Of a stretch of DNA of 64,000 nt, positions 1-10,589 are shown in pieces. The DNA lies in assembly GCA_965242865.1 (NCBI GenBank), contig CBDETK010000013.1, positions 3,744,001-3,808,000 of the forward strand, read 5' to 3'. The notes beneath the pieces are model-generated. The model was not told where the DNA came from. It made no database searches and saw nothing but the letters and a program-made list of their open reading frames with translations. The position numbers were made by a program, and so were the translations under genes. Source of the stretch: Candidatus Latescibacterota bacterium (lineage in GTDB: Bacteria > Latescibacterota > UBA2968 > UBA8231). The number at the start of each line of letters is the position of its first letter. The first letter of the stretch is position 1.

Positions 1-72
1 CAACCGCCATCGGAATGAGGCGCGTGGGATTGGTCCAAAAAAGATGAAGAGCAAACGATTCTTGGAGGGGCA

Positions 73-1668
73 GTGATGACGCAGATGAGCATACCGGCGG
101 AGCAAGCGGCTAGACGCAAGCTGCCCATCGGCATGCAGACCTTCCGCCAGCTTCGCGAAGAGAACTGCTACTATATCGACAAGACAGCCTATATCCGGCG
201 GCTGCTGGACGAGGGCAAGCACTACTTCCTGTCGCGTCCGCGCCGCTTTGGCAAGAGCCTTTTCCTCGACACCTTGAAGGAGCTATTTGAGGGCAACGAA
301 GTGCTGTTTGAGGGCCTCGACATCCACGGCCGTTGGGACTGGTCTGTTCGCTATCCGGTCGTGCGCCTGAGCTTTGGCAGCGGCCACTTCACGGAGCCGG
401 GCCACCTATATACGAACCTCATGGCGCAGTTGGACGCTTGCGAACGTCGAGCCAGCCTCGCGCCGGAATACGCCACGGGACCGGAGCGATTCAGGCGTCT
501 GATCGAGGCACTGCACGATCGCGCTGGTCAGCCGGTGGCCGTTCTGGTCGATGAATACGACAAACCGATTTTGGACACCCTAGAGGAGCCGGAGATCGCC
601 CGCGCCAACCGCGACTTTCTGCGCGGCCTGTATGCGGCGATCAAGGACAGCGACGCGCACATCAAGTTCACTTTCCTCACCGGGGTCAGCAAATTCTCCA
701 AAGTAAGCCTGTTTTCCGGCCTCAATAACCTCAAGGACATCACCCTCGACGCCCGCTACTCGGCGGTGTGCGGTTACACCGAGGCCGACATAGACGCGGT
801 ATTCGCGCCGGAACTGCCGGGCTTGGACCGAGACGAGGTCCGCGGCTGGTACAACGGCTACAGTTGGCTAGGCGACGAGACGGTCTATAACCCCTTCGAC
901 ATCCTCCTGCTCTTCGACAAGCGGCAGTTCGGGGCCTATTGGTTTGAGACCGGTACGCCGACGTTCCTAATTGAGACCTTGTTCAAACGCCGCGTCAGTT
1001 CCCTAAAACTCGACGAGCTGGTGGGCACCAGCGACCTGCTCTCGACCTTTGATGTAGAAGACATCGCGACCGAGGCACTGTTGTTCCAGACCGGCTACCT
1101 GACTATCATCGCCGAGGAAGATCTAGGCGGAGAGCCGCTTTATCGACTAGGGTATCCCAACCGAGAGGTGCGCCAGAGCCTCAACCGGAGCCTACTGCGC
1201 TACTTGGTAAAGGACCCGTCGCGCCAGATGGAGAACAGCGTCCAACTATACCGACTGCTGGAGGCGAACGACTTCGAGGGGCTTCACAGGCTGTTCCAAG
1301 CATTTTTCGCCAGCATTCCCTACGAGTGGTACACGAACAACGACATCGTCAGCTACGAGGGGTACTACGCGAGCGTGTTTTACTCCTATTTCGCGGCCTT
1401 GGGGCTCGATGTCGCAGTGGAGGACAGCAGCAGCCACGGCCGTCTGGTCATGGCAGTGTTATTCAACGGCAACGTGTACGTATTCGAATTCAAAGTGGTG
1501 GAGTTGATGCCCGAGGGCGCGGCCATGGCGCAATTGCAGGAGCGGCGGTACGCCGACCAGTACCGCGCTCGGGGCGAGCCGATTCACCTGATTGCAGTGG
1601 AGTTCAGCCGGGACAGCCGCAATGTCGCGGCGTTTGAGGTGGCAAGCGTACCGTGGGAGGATCCGTAG
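73..1668 (+). CDS. AAA-family ATPase with C-terminal PD-(D/E)XK-type domain (AAA-ATPase_like + PDDEXK_9/DUF1703)
   Basis: LPIGMQTF N-terminus, Walker A SRPRRFGKS, Walker B VLVDEYDKP, YPNREV, C-terminal EFK motif. Start may be 76 or 85. Confidence 0.9.
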   Translation: MMTQMSIPAEQAARRKLPIGMQTFRQLREENCYYIDKTAYIRRLLDEGKHYFLSRPRRFGKSLFLDTLKELFEGNEVLFEGLDIHGRWDWSVRYPVVRLSFGSGHFTEPGHLYTNLMAQLDACERRASLAPEYATGPERFRRLIEALHDRAGQPVAVLVDEYDKPILDTLEEPEIARANRDFLRGLYAAIKDSDAHIKFTFLTGVSKFSKVSLFSGLNNLKDITLDARYSAVCGYTEADIDAVFAPELPGLDRDEVRGWYNGYSWLGDETVYNPFDILLLFDKRQFGAYWFETGTPTFLIETLFKRRVSSLKLDELVGTSDLLSTFDVEDIATEALLFQTGYLTIIAEEDLGGEPLYRLGYPNREVRQSLNRSLLRYLVKDPSRQMENSVQLYRLLEANDFEGLHRLFQAFFASIPYEWYTNNDIVSYEGYYASVFYSYFAALGLDVAVEDSSSHGRLVMAVLFNGNVYVFEFKVVELMPEGAAMAQLQERRYADQYRARGEPIHLIAVEFSRDSRNVAAFEVASVPWEDP

Positions 1669-1669
1669 A

Positions 1670-2890
1670 ATGTCCATGCCCGCACTCGACGGCATCCGCG
1701 TCCTCGACTTTACCCAGGTGATCTTCGGCCCGGCCGCGACCCAAGTTTTGGCCGACCACGGCGCGGAAGTCATCAAGATAGAACGCCCGGACGGCGACCT
1801 AGCCCGCGCCTTTGGGCCGTGGGTACAGGAGCAAAGCCTGCCTTTTGCCAGCCTCAACCGCTCCAAGAAAAGCCTAGTGGTCGATCTCAAGAAGTCCGCT
1901 GGGCGTCAGATCGTCCACCGCCTGTTGGACAACACGGACGTGCTGGTCCACAACTTCCGCTCCGGTGCCGTCATGGCCAAGCTGGGGCTAGATTACGCGG
2001 CACTGCGGGAGCCATACCCGAGGCTCATCTATGCCGTTGGCTCGGGCTATGGCTCGCAAGGCCCGTACAGCGAGCGCAACAAGGGCGGCCACGAGTCCAT
2101 GGCCCAAGCACTGAGCGGCGTGGCGGCTCGCTTCGTCGGCCCCCACAACACGCCCCAGCGCTTGCCCTATACCGTGGCCGACTTCAACGGCGGCATGTTG
2201 CTGGCGCAGGGCATTCTCCTCGCGCTGTTGGCCCGCGAGCGCACGGGCACCGGGCAATACGTAGAAACCTCGCTCCTCGACGGCATGATCAGTATGCAGG
2301 CGTGGGCGACGACCAAAATTCTCAACTTGGGCGACGACGGAGAAGACGATGGCTCGGGCGGAGCCACGCATCCGCGCGGCAACCCGCTCGACGGAGCGGT
2401 GTTCAAAACGGCCGATGGCTTCTTGATGGTCACCGCGCTTTTCCGCCCCTTTGACCACCTGTTGCGCGACTTGCAGGAGGCCCTAGCGATTGAAGGGCTC
2501 GTCGGAGATCCGCGCTTTGCCACGCTCGCCGCGGCCGTAGAGCACCGTGCGGCCCTGCGAGAACGGCTCGTGCCGGTCTTCGCAGAAAAAACGAATGCCG
2601 AGTGGATTCCGCTGCTCGAAGCCAAGGACATCCTCGTCGCACCAGTGCGCTCGACCGCCGAGGCCCTAGCAGATCCTCAACTCGCGGTCAACGAGATGAT
2701 AGTCGAAGTCCAGCATCCGCAGGTAGGTGCTATGCGCCACGTTGGCACCCCCCTGCGGCTAGCGGGAACGCCCGCCCCCACCCCAGCCTCGGCCCCGCTA
2801 GCCGGGGAACACACCGAGGCCGTGCTGCGCGAGGCCGGGTACTCAGAACCCGAGATCGCCGCGTTGTACGAGCAGGACGTCATTTTCTGA
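1670..2890 (+). CDS. Family III CoA-transferase (CaiB/BaiF)
   Basis: LDGIRVLDFTQ..GP, GAEVIKIE, NRSKKS, DVLVHNFR, catalytic Asp in TVADFNGG. ATG at 1670 follows the upstream stop. Confidence 0.9.
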   Translation: MSMPALDGIRVLDFTQVIFGPAATQVLADHGAEVIKIERPDGDLARAFGPWVQEQSLPFASLNRSKKSLVVDLKKSAGRQIVHRLLDNTDVLVHNFRSGAVMAKLGLDYAALREPYPRLIYAVGSGYGSQGPYSERNKGGHESMAQALSGVAARFVGPHNTPQRLPYTVADFNGGMLLAQGILLALLARERTGTGQYVETSLLDGMISMQAWATTKILNLGDDGEDDGSGGATHPRGNPLDGAVFKTADGFLMVTALFRPFDHLLRDLQEALAIEGLVGDPRFATLAAAVEHRAALRERLVPVFAEKTNAEWIPLLEAKDILVAPVRSTAEALADPQLAVNEMIVEVQHPQVGAMRHVGTPLRLAGTPAPTPASAPLAGEHTEAVLREAGYSEPEIAALYEQDVIF

Positions 2891-3888
2891 TGGAACAGGA
2901 ACAGATGACCAACATTGTGCGCTATGGGCTGTTGGGCACCGCCCAGATTGCCCTCAACCGCCACCTGCCGGCCGCGCAGGCCACAGACCATGCCGAGATC
3001 GCCGCCGTATCGAGCCGGGACCCAGCCAAGGCCGAAGCGAGCGCGGCCCAATGGGGCATTGCCAAGGCGTACGGCTCGTACCAAGCCGTGCTGGACGACC
3101 CCGAAATCGACGCGGTCATCAACCCCTTGCCCAATAGCATGCACTGCGAGTGGACGGTCAAGGCCGCGCAGGCCGGCAAGCACATCCTCTGCGAAAAGCC
3201 GCTCGCCGTTACGGTGGCCCAAGTGCAGCAGATGATCGACGCGGCTGAAGCCAACGGCGTGCTCTTAACCGAGGCCTTCACCCACCGCCTCAATCCGCAG
3301 TTGCAGTGTGCGCGTCGGCTGGTACAGCAGGGGGAGATCGGCGAGGTAAAGTTGGCGCGGGCCGAGCTGACCTTTGGCATCCGCGATTGGGCCACCGACA
3401 TCCGGGCCAAGCGCGAATTGGGCGGAGGCGCGCTCTGGGATGCTGGGTGCTACTGCGTCAGCGCAGTGCGCTTTGTGCTCAATGCCGAGCCAGTGGCCGC
3501 GCAGGCTTTTCAGCATCTGCGCCAGGGCGTGGATGCGACCTTGGCCGGGTTGTTGCGCTTTCCCGGCGACCGGGTCGCCTATATCGCGGCCGGCATGGAG
3601 GAGCCGTTTCGTTGCGTGTTGGAGATCGTCGGCAGCCACGGCGCGGTTCGCGTCCCCAACATGTTCGACGAGCAGGCCGCGGTCCATATCGCCATTGGCA
3701 ACGACGAGCGCGTGGAGACCTTCTCCGGGCCGGATCGCTTTCAAGTCCAGCTAGCGCGTTTTTCTAGTTGTATTCTTCAAGGCAAGACCCCGGAATTCCC
3801 TCCCGCAGATGGCCTCAAGAACGTGGCCGCGCTATGGGCGTTGAAGCAGGCCGCCGAATCGGGAAGCCTCGTTGAAATACCGTCTTGA
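2890..3888 (+). CDS. Gfo/Idh/MocA oxidoreductase
   Basis: RYGLLGTAQIA, HILCEKP, GGGALWDAGCY. Start 2890 (overlapping the upstream TGA) or 2905. Confidence 0.9.
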   Translation: MEQEQMTNIVRYGLLGTAQIALNRHLPAAQATDHAEIAAVSSRDPAKAEASAAQWGIAKAYGSYQAVLDDPEIDAVINPLPNSMHCEWTVKAAQAGKHILCEKPLAVTVAQVQQMIDAAEANGVLLTEAFTHRLNPQLQCARRLVQQGEIGEVKLARAELTFGIRDWATDIRAKRELGGGALWDAGCYCVSAVRFVLNAEPVAAQAFQHLRQGVDATLAGLLRFPGDRVAYIAAGMEEPFRCVLEIVGSHGAVRVPNMFDEQAAVHIAIGNDERVETFSGPDRFQVQLARFSSCILQGKTPEFPPADGLKNVAALWALKQAAESGSLVEIPS

Positions 3889-3891
3889 GCA

Positions 3892-4686
3892 ATGGCCCCC
3901 TACGAGTTCATCCGCTACGAACAACGCGACCACGTCGCCACAGTGACCCTCAACCGCCCCGAGGTGCTCAACGCCATCCACCCGCCCATGGCCGAGGAAC
4001 TGGCCGACGCTTGGGAGCGGATCCGCGACGACGATAGCGTGTGGGTCGGGGTTTTGACCGGCAGCGGCGCGCGGGCATTTTGCGCGGGCTCCGATCTGAA
4101 GTGGCGGGCTGAAGCCGGCGAGGCCGCACGCCGCCACAGCCGCGCCGAGGCCAGCGGCGCGGCGCGGGGTTTCCAACGGGGCCGCGACTGCTATAAGCCG
4201 CTGTTGGCCGTGGTCAATGGCTATGCAGTGGGCGGCGGGTTGGAGCTAGTCTTGGGGTGCGATTTGGTGGTGGCGGCCGAACACGCGCAGTTGGGGTTGC
4301 CCGAAGCGCGGCGCGGGTTGCTGGCCGACGCCGGGGGCATCCACAAGCTCGTCCGGCGGCTGCCGTGGAGCGCGGCCATGCAGCTCATCCTGACCGGCGA
4401 ACTCATATCAGCGGAGGAGGCGCGGCGGATTGGGTTAGTCAATCAAGTGGTGCCAGCGGAGGGCCTGCCAGCGGCCGCCGAGCAGTGGGTGGAGGCGATT
4501 TTGGCATGTGCGCCCTTGGCCTTGCAAGCGGGGAAAGAGGCGGCCGTGCGGGGGTTGGAGTTGCCTTTGTGGGAAGCGGTCAACACGCGCTTTCCGCTGG
4601 CCGAGCGCATGTATGAATCGGACGATTTTGTCGAAGGACCAAAGGCGTTTACCGAGAAGCGGAAGCCCGTGTGGAAGGGAAAGTAG
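3892..4686 (+). CDS. Enoyl-CoA hydratase/crotonase family
   Basis: LNRPEVLNA, AFCAGSDL, VNGYAVGGGLE, GLPE, EGPKAFTEKRKPVWKG. Confidence 0.9.
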   Translation: MAPYEFIRYEQRDHVATVTLNRPEVLNAIHPPMAEELADAWERIRDDDSVWVGVLTGSGARAFCAGSDLKWRAEAGEAARRHSRAEASGAARGFQRGRDCYKPLLAVVNGYAVGGGLELVLGCDLVVAAEHAQLGLPEARRGLLADAGGIHKLVRRLPWSAAMQLILTGELISAEEARRIGLVNQVVPAEGLPAAAEQWVEAILACAPLALQAGKEAAVRGLELPLWEAVNTRFPLAERMYESDDFVEGPKAFTEKRKPVWKGK

Positions 4687-4727
4687 GAAAGGTGCCGCGC
4701 ACACTTCAACGAGGAGAAAGCACTGCC

Positions 4728-5609
4728 GTGGAAAAATTTGCCCCTTTGAACATGTCCCCAGAAGAGCTAATCGAGTACACCCCGGAATGGCCGGGCGAAC
4801 GCTCTGCCGATGGCCGCCCCAAGGTCCCCGACGACATCCTAGAGCGCATGCACAACGTCAGCATTACCCAAGCCTGGGGCGTCTTGCGCGGCCCCGGCTA
4901 CAACTGGCAGTACGAAGATGGCTGGATTTGTACGCATCCCGGCCAAGTGCTGGTGGGCCGCGCCCTGACGGCCGCGTACCTGCCGCGGCGGCCCGTCATG
5001 CGTCGGGTCATGGAAGCAAAAGGGGAACGGGCTGGCTGCATTGGCGACCAGATCTCGTGGCCCATTGATATGCTGGTGCCCGGGGATGTGTACGTAGCCG
5101 ACGTATTCGGCAAAATTGACCAAGGTGCGGTCATTGGTGACAACCTCGCCACCGCGATCTACGCCAATTCGGGCAACGGGGTGGTACACGATGCGGCGGT
5201 CCGCGACATCGACGGCATCCAAGCGCTGCCCAATTTCACCAGTTTCGTGCGCGGCTTTCACCCCACCTTTGCCTCGCCCACCATCATGCTGGCCGGGGTC
5301 AACTGCCCGGTGCGCATTGGCGGCGCCACGGTCATGCCCGGCGACGTAGTCCTCGGCCGCGACGACGGGGTCGTTTTCATCCCGCCGCATTTAGCCGAGC
5401 AGGTGGTCAAGACCTCCGAGTTGATCGCGCTCCGCGACCGCTTTGGCAAACAGCGCTTGGCCGAGGGGAAATACACGCCCGGCCAGATCGATACTCGTTG
5501 GTCCGACCCCATTGAGGAGGATTTCTCGCGCTGGCTAGAGAGCCATATTGACGAGCTACCCGTGCCGCGTGCCGCCATCCAAGCGTTGCTCAAGGAGCGG
5601 ACTTGGTGA
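4728..5609 (+). CDS. RraA/HMG-aldolase-like family protein
   Basis: GDNLATAI, AVRDIDG, ATVMPGDVVLGRDDGVVFIP. GTG start preceded by GAGGAG. Confidence 0.8.
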   Translation: MEKFAPLNMSPEELIEYTPEWPGERSADGRPKVPDDILERMHNVSITQAWGVLRGPGYNWQYEDGWICTHPGQVLVGRALTAAYLPRRPVMRRVMEAKGERAGCIGDQISWPIDMLVPGDVYVADVFGKIDQGAVIGDNLATAIYANSGNGVVHDAAVRDIDGIQALPNFTSFVRGFHPTFASPTIMLAGVNCPVRIGGATVMPGDVVLGRDDGVVFIPPHLAEQVVKTSELIALRDRFGKQRLAEGKYTPGQIDTRWSDPIEEDFSRWLESHIDELPVPRAAIQALLKERTW

Positions 5610-6363
5610 GTTCGGGCTGCTCGACTAATGTACCCGCCTTGAGAAAAGGCTCGGCGTTCCCCCAGAGTTTGCTGCCGTCGGCCGAGGTCAGGGGCTCGCA
5701 GGAGTACTGGGCCAAATACACGCGGCGCATCTGGTCGGTGGTGTTGGTGCCGCTGGAGTGGAAGTTGTAGCTGGTGAAGACGGCAATGCTGCCGGCCGGG
5801 GCGACGACCGAGATGCCGGGGTCGCGGCCGAAATAGCCGATCAAGTCGTTGCTCCCTTCCTCGCGGATGTGCTTGACCCAAGTGCGAATGCCCGACCGCG
5901 AAAAAGGCAGCAAGTGGACGGTGCCATTGGCCTCAGACATGTCGTCGAGGGCGCACCAACAGGTTAAATACGGCTTGTGATCCGGATAGCCGACGTAGCC
6001 CGAGTCTTGATGCCAAGAGAATTTCATGCCGGCCTCGGCCCCTTTGACCACGTATTGCTCCCAGAACAAGTAAGCGTCGTCGCCTAGGGTGGCTTGGCAG
6101 ATTGCGGCCATTAGGGGGCTGAAAAGGAACTCGCGCAGGCGCGGCTGCTCGCGGAAGCAATTGGACACAAAGTAGCGGCTGTTGCGGTGATTGAGGCCCA
6201 AGGTGTCCGTGCCTTCGGCATCCATCTGAGCGTTGGCTTTGTCGATGAAGGCTTGGCACTCGCCGCGCAGGAGGTCGAGGTGATGGGCGGGGATGGCGTT
6301 TTCGAGGATGAAATACCCCTCTTCTCTGAATTGCTGCTTTTGGGCGTCGGTGCTCGGGTGCAT
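5590..6363 (-). CDS. PhyH-family Fe(II)/2-oxoglutarate dioxygenase
   Basis: FREEGYFIL, WHQD (HxD), WCALDD..NG, distal FHSSG, RRVY. Confidence 0.85.
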   Translation of the reverse strand: MHPSTDAQKQQFREEGYFILENAIPAHHLDLLRGECQAFIDKANAQMDAEGTDTLGLNHRNSRYFVSNCFREQPRLREFLFSPLMAAICQATLGDDAYLFWEQYVVKGAEAGMKFSWHQDSGYVGYPDHKPYLTCWCALDDMSEANGTVHLLPFSRSGIRTWVKHIREEGSNDLIGYFGRDPGISVVAPAGSIAVFTSYNFHSSGTNTTDQMRRVYLAQYSCEPLTSADGSKLWGNAEPFLKAGTLVEQPELTKSAP

Positions 6364-6408
6364 GAGTTGCTCCGGTCGATTGCATTGAATGGAAGTGGAT
6401 GCGATAGA

Positions 6409-6436
6409 CGTCATTCCCGCGCAAGCGGGAATCCAG
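6409..6436 (+). repeat. CGTC-type REP-like palindrome, copy 1
   Basis: CGTC ATTCCCGC GCAA GCGGGAAT CCAG; related copies at 11865, 13146 and 33028. Confidence 0.75.
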
Positions 6437-6545
6437 TCTTGAGTAATGTAGGATTGCTATATACTGATAGGCAGAACCCACGAAACGTGCAAGCCTGGTA
6501 CGCACACGGAAACAAGCGGCCCAATCAAACGCAGGTGCAGCTAAA

Positions 6546-7157
6546 ATGGAAACCCCGGCAATAGTTGAAGCACTGGAACTGACTTCTTGGTGGGAGGTGC
6601 CGGCCGTCGTCTTGGCCATTCTCTACTTGGTCTTGGCGGCGCGGGAAAACATCTGGTGTTGGGCAGCGGCTTTCGCCAGTACCGCGATTTACACCTACGT
6701 CTTCTTCGACGTCAATCTGTACCTAGAGTCGGCCCTACAGATTTACTACTTGGCCATGGCGGTCTATGGCTGGTATCAATGGCGGCATCCCGCCGATCGA
6801 TCCTCAACCCTGCCCATTTCTACTTGGTCGCTCAAAAAGCACGGTGGGGTCATTGCTGGGACAGCGGTTGTCGTGGTGCTGTCCGGTCATCTATTAGACA
6901 AAAACACCGAGGCCGCCCTGCCCTATCTGGACGCCTTCACCACTTGGTATGCGGTGGTGACGACCTATATGGTGGCCAAGAAAATTTTGGAGAACTGGGG
7001 GTACTGGTTTGTCATCGACAGCGCATTGGTGTATCTCTCCTACAGCCGCGGGCTTTACCTGACCGCTTTGTTGTATGTCGCGTATCTAATTATCATCGTC
7101 TTTGGCTATCTGAAATGGAAAAAGGAGTACGACCAAAATGCCCCAACCCGCCCTTAA
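6546..7157 (+). CDS. pnuC: Nicotinamide riboside transporter PnuC family
   Basis: Multi-TM; ENIWCW, YGWYQW, PYLDAFTT, KKILENWGYW. Confidence 0.85.
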   Translation: METPAIVEALELTSWWEVPAVVLAILYLVLAARENIWCWAAAFASTAIYTYVFFDVNLYLESALQIYYLAMAVYGWYQWRHPADRSSTLPISTWSLKKHGGVIAGTAVVVVLSGHLLDKNTEAALPYLDAFTTWYAVVTTYMVAKKILENWGYWFVIDSALVYLSYSRGLYLTALLYVAYLIIIVFGYLKWKKEYDQNAPTRP

Positions 7158-8025
7158 AGAAGAACTGAGCAAACGAGCAGAGACCTGCGGGCCGGTGGCC
7201 ATCCAAGGGCACACCGGGTCGTTTAGCGAAGCGGCGGCGCGGGCTTATTTTTCTCCCGACCCACAACTGGCACCCCAGCCCGATTTCAAGGCACTTTTTG
7301 CCGCCGTGGAAGACGAGTCTTGCGCTTGCGGAGTCGTGCCCATTGAGAACTCGCTGATGGGCAGCATTCACGAAAACTACGACTTGCTGCTGCAAAGCGA
7401 TGTCCACATCGTCGGCGAAATCAAGCTGCGGATCGTTCACAACCTCATCGTCAACCGAGGCGTGCAGCTAGCGGACATCCGCTACATCGCGTCGCAGCCG
7501 CCGGCCTTGGCCCAATGCACTCGCTTCATTCACTCGTTGGCAGGGGCTCAGACGATAGCGGCCGATGATACGGCCGGCGCGGTCAAAGAGCTGGCCGCCA
7601 GCGGCGCCCGCGACCGAGGGGCCATAGCCGGTGTGCAGGCGGCCGCCGCGTACGGACTGGAGGTGCTCGTCTCCGGCATTGAGGACGCTCCGCACAATTT
7701 TACGCGCTTTTTGGTGGTGAGCCGCCGAGCGGCGTCCGCGCCGGCCGAGCCAGCCAAAGCCACGCTCGTCTTTGGGCTAAGGGATGTGCCGGGTGCGCTG
7801 TGCCGGAGCCTCGCGGCCTTTGCCGAGCGCGGTATCAACCTGCTCAAAATCGAGTCGCGGCCCATGCCCGAACGGCCTTGGGAATACGTCTTCTATCTCG
7901 ATTTAGAGGGCCACTTGGAGCAGGCGGCTTGCGCCCAAGCTGTGGAGCACTTGCAGGAGACCACCGAATTCGTCCGCCTCTTGGGCTCGTACCGGCAGGG
8001 AGAGACCGTTGAGGACCTAAGGTAA
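7138..8025 (+). CDS. pheA: Prephenate dehydratase (PDT + ACT)
   Basis: IQGHTGSFSE, VPIENS, NFTRF, INLLKIESRP, EYVFYLD. Confidence 0.9.
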   Translation: MPQPALKEELSKRAETCGPVAIQGHTGSFSEAAARAYFSPDPQLAPQPDFKALFAAVEDESCACGVVPIENSLMGSIHENYDLLLQSDVHIVGEIKLRIVHNLIVNRGVQLADIRYIASQPPALAQCTRFIHSLAGAQTIAADDTAGAVKELAASGARDRGAIAGVQAAAAYGLEVLVSGIEDAPHNFTRFLVVSRRAASAPAEPAKATLVFGLRDVPGALCRSLAAFAERGINLLKIESRPMPERPWEYVFYLDLEGHLEQAACAQAVEHLQETTEFVRLLGSYRQGETVEDLR

Positions 8026-8134
8026 GCCCTTACTACGCGACACCAGCGGCCCGCCTTCCAAGGGTCGAGAGCGGGACGCCCTCGATCCCGGACAGAACAC
8101 CAGAAAAGGCAGACCTAAAGCAGGGGTCGTTACC

Positions 8135-9088
8135 TCAAGCACCTGCGGCGCGGGTGCGAACTTGGTCGAGGCCGACGGCCAACAGGAGCACTGCACCGCG
8201 CGTTACATCCTGCCAGAAGCTAGACACATCCATCAGGGTCAGCCCGTTGTTGAGGGTGCCGAGCAAGAGCACCGCCAACAAGGTCCCCCACACCGTGCCG
8301 CGCCCCCCGAAGAGACTCGTGCCGCCCAAGATGACGGCCGCGATCACCGTCAACAGGTGCTGCCCGGCCGCGTCGGGTGCGGCTGCGTAGAGCATGGCCG
8401 CCAAAATTAGGCCGCTGACCGCGCCGCTGAGGCCGGAGAGAACGTAGAGGATCATCAGGGTGCGGGCGACCGGGACGCCGACGAGGCGGCTGGCCTCGGG
8501 GTTGCTGCCGGCGGCATAGACGAAGCGGCCAAATCGGGTCCGCGCTAGGACCCAGCCGAGCGCGATATAAACCAACAGCATCAGCACCAGCGGCACTGGC
8601 AGCCGCAAAAGCTGGCCGCTGCCGATCCAGTTGAAACCGGGTTCCATCAGCGGTTTGGTTAGCCCGCCGGTCAAGACTAGGGCCAACCCGCCGATGACGC
8701 TCATCGTGCCCAAGGTGGCGATGAGCGGATTGATCCCGAGGCGCACGGCCAGCAGGCCATTGAGCAGCCCGATGCCTCCGCCCAGTGCTAAAGCGGCGAG
8801 ACAGGCCGCGACCATGCCGACGCCCGCGGCGTGGAGCAGGGCGACGACGACTCCAGCGAGCCCGGCGACCGCGGCCACCGACAGATCGAGCCCTCCGGCG
8901 ATAATCAGCGGCGTTTGCAACGCGCACATCAATCCGATAAAGGCCATGTTGACGCCGATGCTCATCATATTGTCAAAGGACAAAAACCAAGGCGAGAGGA
9001 CGCTGAAAAGCCCGGCGACCAAGAGGTAGAACGCCAACAACAAGGCGACGCCCGCACCGGAGCGGTTCAATAAGGCGGCGATGCTCAT
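8135..9088 (-). CDS. Sugar ABC transporter permease (RbsC-like)
   Basis: GGLDLSV, PLIATLG, TRFGRFVYAAGSNPEASRLVG, IAAVILGGTSLFGGRG. Confidence 0.9.
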   Translation of the reverse strand: MSIAALLNRSGAGVALLLAFYLLVAGLFSVLSPWFLSFDNMMSIGVNMAFIGLMCALQTPLIIAGGLDLSVAAVAGLAGVVVALLHAAGVGMVAACLAALALGGGIGLLNGLLAVRLGINPLIATLGTMSVIGGLALVLTGGLTKPLMEPGFNWIGSGQLLRLPVPLVLMLLVYIALGWVLARTRFGRFVYAAGSNPEASRLVGVPVARTLMILYVLSGLSGAVSGLILAAMLYAAAPDAAGQHLLTVIAAVILGGTSLFGGRGTVWGTLLAVLLLGTLNNGLTLMDVSSFWQDVTRGAVLLLAVGLDQVRTRAAGA

Positions 9089-10587
9089 AGATAGTCTTTC
9101 GCAGGGGGGATATGGAGCAAGTCGGCCGGGGCCGCGCCGCCGGAAAAGCGGCTGGCCACCCGGCCGCGGTCCAGTACGATGGAACGGTCGCAGACGCCAG
9201 CGACTTCTTCGGCGTCAGAGGAAATCAAGAGTACGGCAAGCCCTCGTTGGCTCCACTGCCGCAGCACCAAGTAGAGCTCGTGACGAGCACCCACATCGAC
9301 GCCTCGGGTCGGTTCTTCAAGGATGAGTACTGCCAGATCTTCGACCAGCCAACGGGCTAGGCAGACCTTCTGCTGGTTGCCGCCCGAGAGCAAGCGCAGA
9401 GGTTGGTCGAGGTGAGCGGTGCGAATGCCTAGGCGGTCCACCCAGCGTTGCGCGTGGCTTGCTTCGCGCGGCTTGGACACGGAGAACAAGCGCACGAAGT
9501 GGTCGATAAAGGGCAAGGTGATATTGGCCCGAACCCCGAGGTCGGGGACGATGCCTTCGCGCTGGCGTTCGGCCGCCACAAAACCGATTCCCGCGTCGCG
9601 GCCCCGGCGCGGGTTGGTCGGGAGATATGGAACCCCCGTGAGCGTAAGGCGGGCGCCGGGCAGCGGCCCCAATGCGCCGTAGATGGCCCGGCCGAGCTGG
9701 TCAATGCCCGAGCCGAGCAAGCCGAAGACGCCAAAAATCTCGCCGCGGTGGAGCGCGAAGGACACGCTGTCGAGGGAGTCGGGCAGGCTCAGATTTTCAA
9801 CCTCCAGCGCAACCTCGCCGCCGTGTGCGCCGCGCGGCGGGTAGAGTTCGTCCACGGTGGTGCCGAGCATGGCGTCGAGCACTTCGCGCCGCGAAGCCGT
9901 GGCAGGGGCAAAGTCTCCGGCGTTCAGCCCGTCGCGCAGCACGGCGATGCGGCCGGCGATCGCGAAAACCTCGTCGAGGTAGTGGGAGATGTAAATGATG
10001 CCGATCTGCTGCTCTTTGAGCCGCTCGATGACGGCGAAGAGCGTTTGGACCTCGCGGTCGGCGAGGGCCGCGGTCGGCTCGTCCATGACGATGATCCGCG
10101 CTTGGCCAGCGAGGGCGCGGGCGATTTCTACTAGTCGCTTGTGCGGCGCGGAAAGCCGCTGGACCAGCGCGTCGGGGTCGAGGTCGCAGCCGAGCCGGTC
10201 GAGCAATGCCCGCGCTTGGGTGTGCAGTGCCGGGCGGTCCACTCCGCCCGAGCGTTTGATCGGCAGGTCCGCGATGAGGATGTTTTCGGCGACCGTGAGG
10301 TCGGGCAAGACCGATACTTCCTGCGGCAAAAAGCGGACGCCGTGGGCGATGGCCGCTTCGGGCTGGTCGTAGCGCACCGCGTGGTCGTTGACGCGGACGA
10401 TGCCAGCGTCGCGGCGGTACACGCCGCAGAGGATTTTCACCAAAGTAGATTTCCCCGCTCCGTTGGCCCCCAGCAGTGCTAAGACCTCTCCGGCGTCTAA
10501 ACGGAGATCGACCTCGCGCAAAACTTGGGCGCGGCCAAAGGATTTGCAGATGCCCGCCATCTGCAACAAGGGTGCGGTGTGCCCCAT
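9085..10587 (-). CDS. Sugar ABC transporter ATP-binding protein (RbsA-like, two NBDs)
   Basis: GANGAGKST, MDEPTAAL, LSGGNQQK, EEPTRGVD. Confidence 0.9.
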   Translation of the reverse strand: MGHTAPLLQMAGICKSFGRAQVLREVDLRLDAGEVLALLGANGAGKSTLVKILCGVYRRDAGIVRVNDHAVRYDQPEAAIAHGVRFLPQEVSVLPDLTVAENILIADLPIKRSGGVDRPALHTQARALLDRLGCDLDPDALVQRLSAPHKRLVEIARALAGQARIIVMDEPTAALADREVQTLFAVIERLKEQQIGIIYISHYLDEVFAIAGRIAVLRDGLNAGDFAPATASRREVLDAMLGTTVDELYPPRGAHGGEVALEVENLSLPDSLDSVSFALHRGEIFGVFGLLGSGIDQLGRAIYGALGPLPGARLTLTGVPYLPTNPRRGRDAGIGFVAAERQREGIVPDLGVRANITLPFIDHFVRLFSVSKPREASHAQRWVDRLGIRTAHLDQPLRLLSGGNQQKVCLARWLVEDLAVLILEEPTRGVDVGARHELYLVLRQWSQRGLAVLLISSDAEEVAGVCDRSIVLDRGRVASRFSGGAAPADLLHIPPAKDYL

Positions 10588-10589
10588 GC

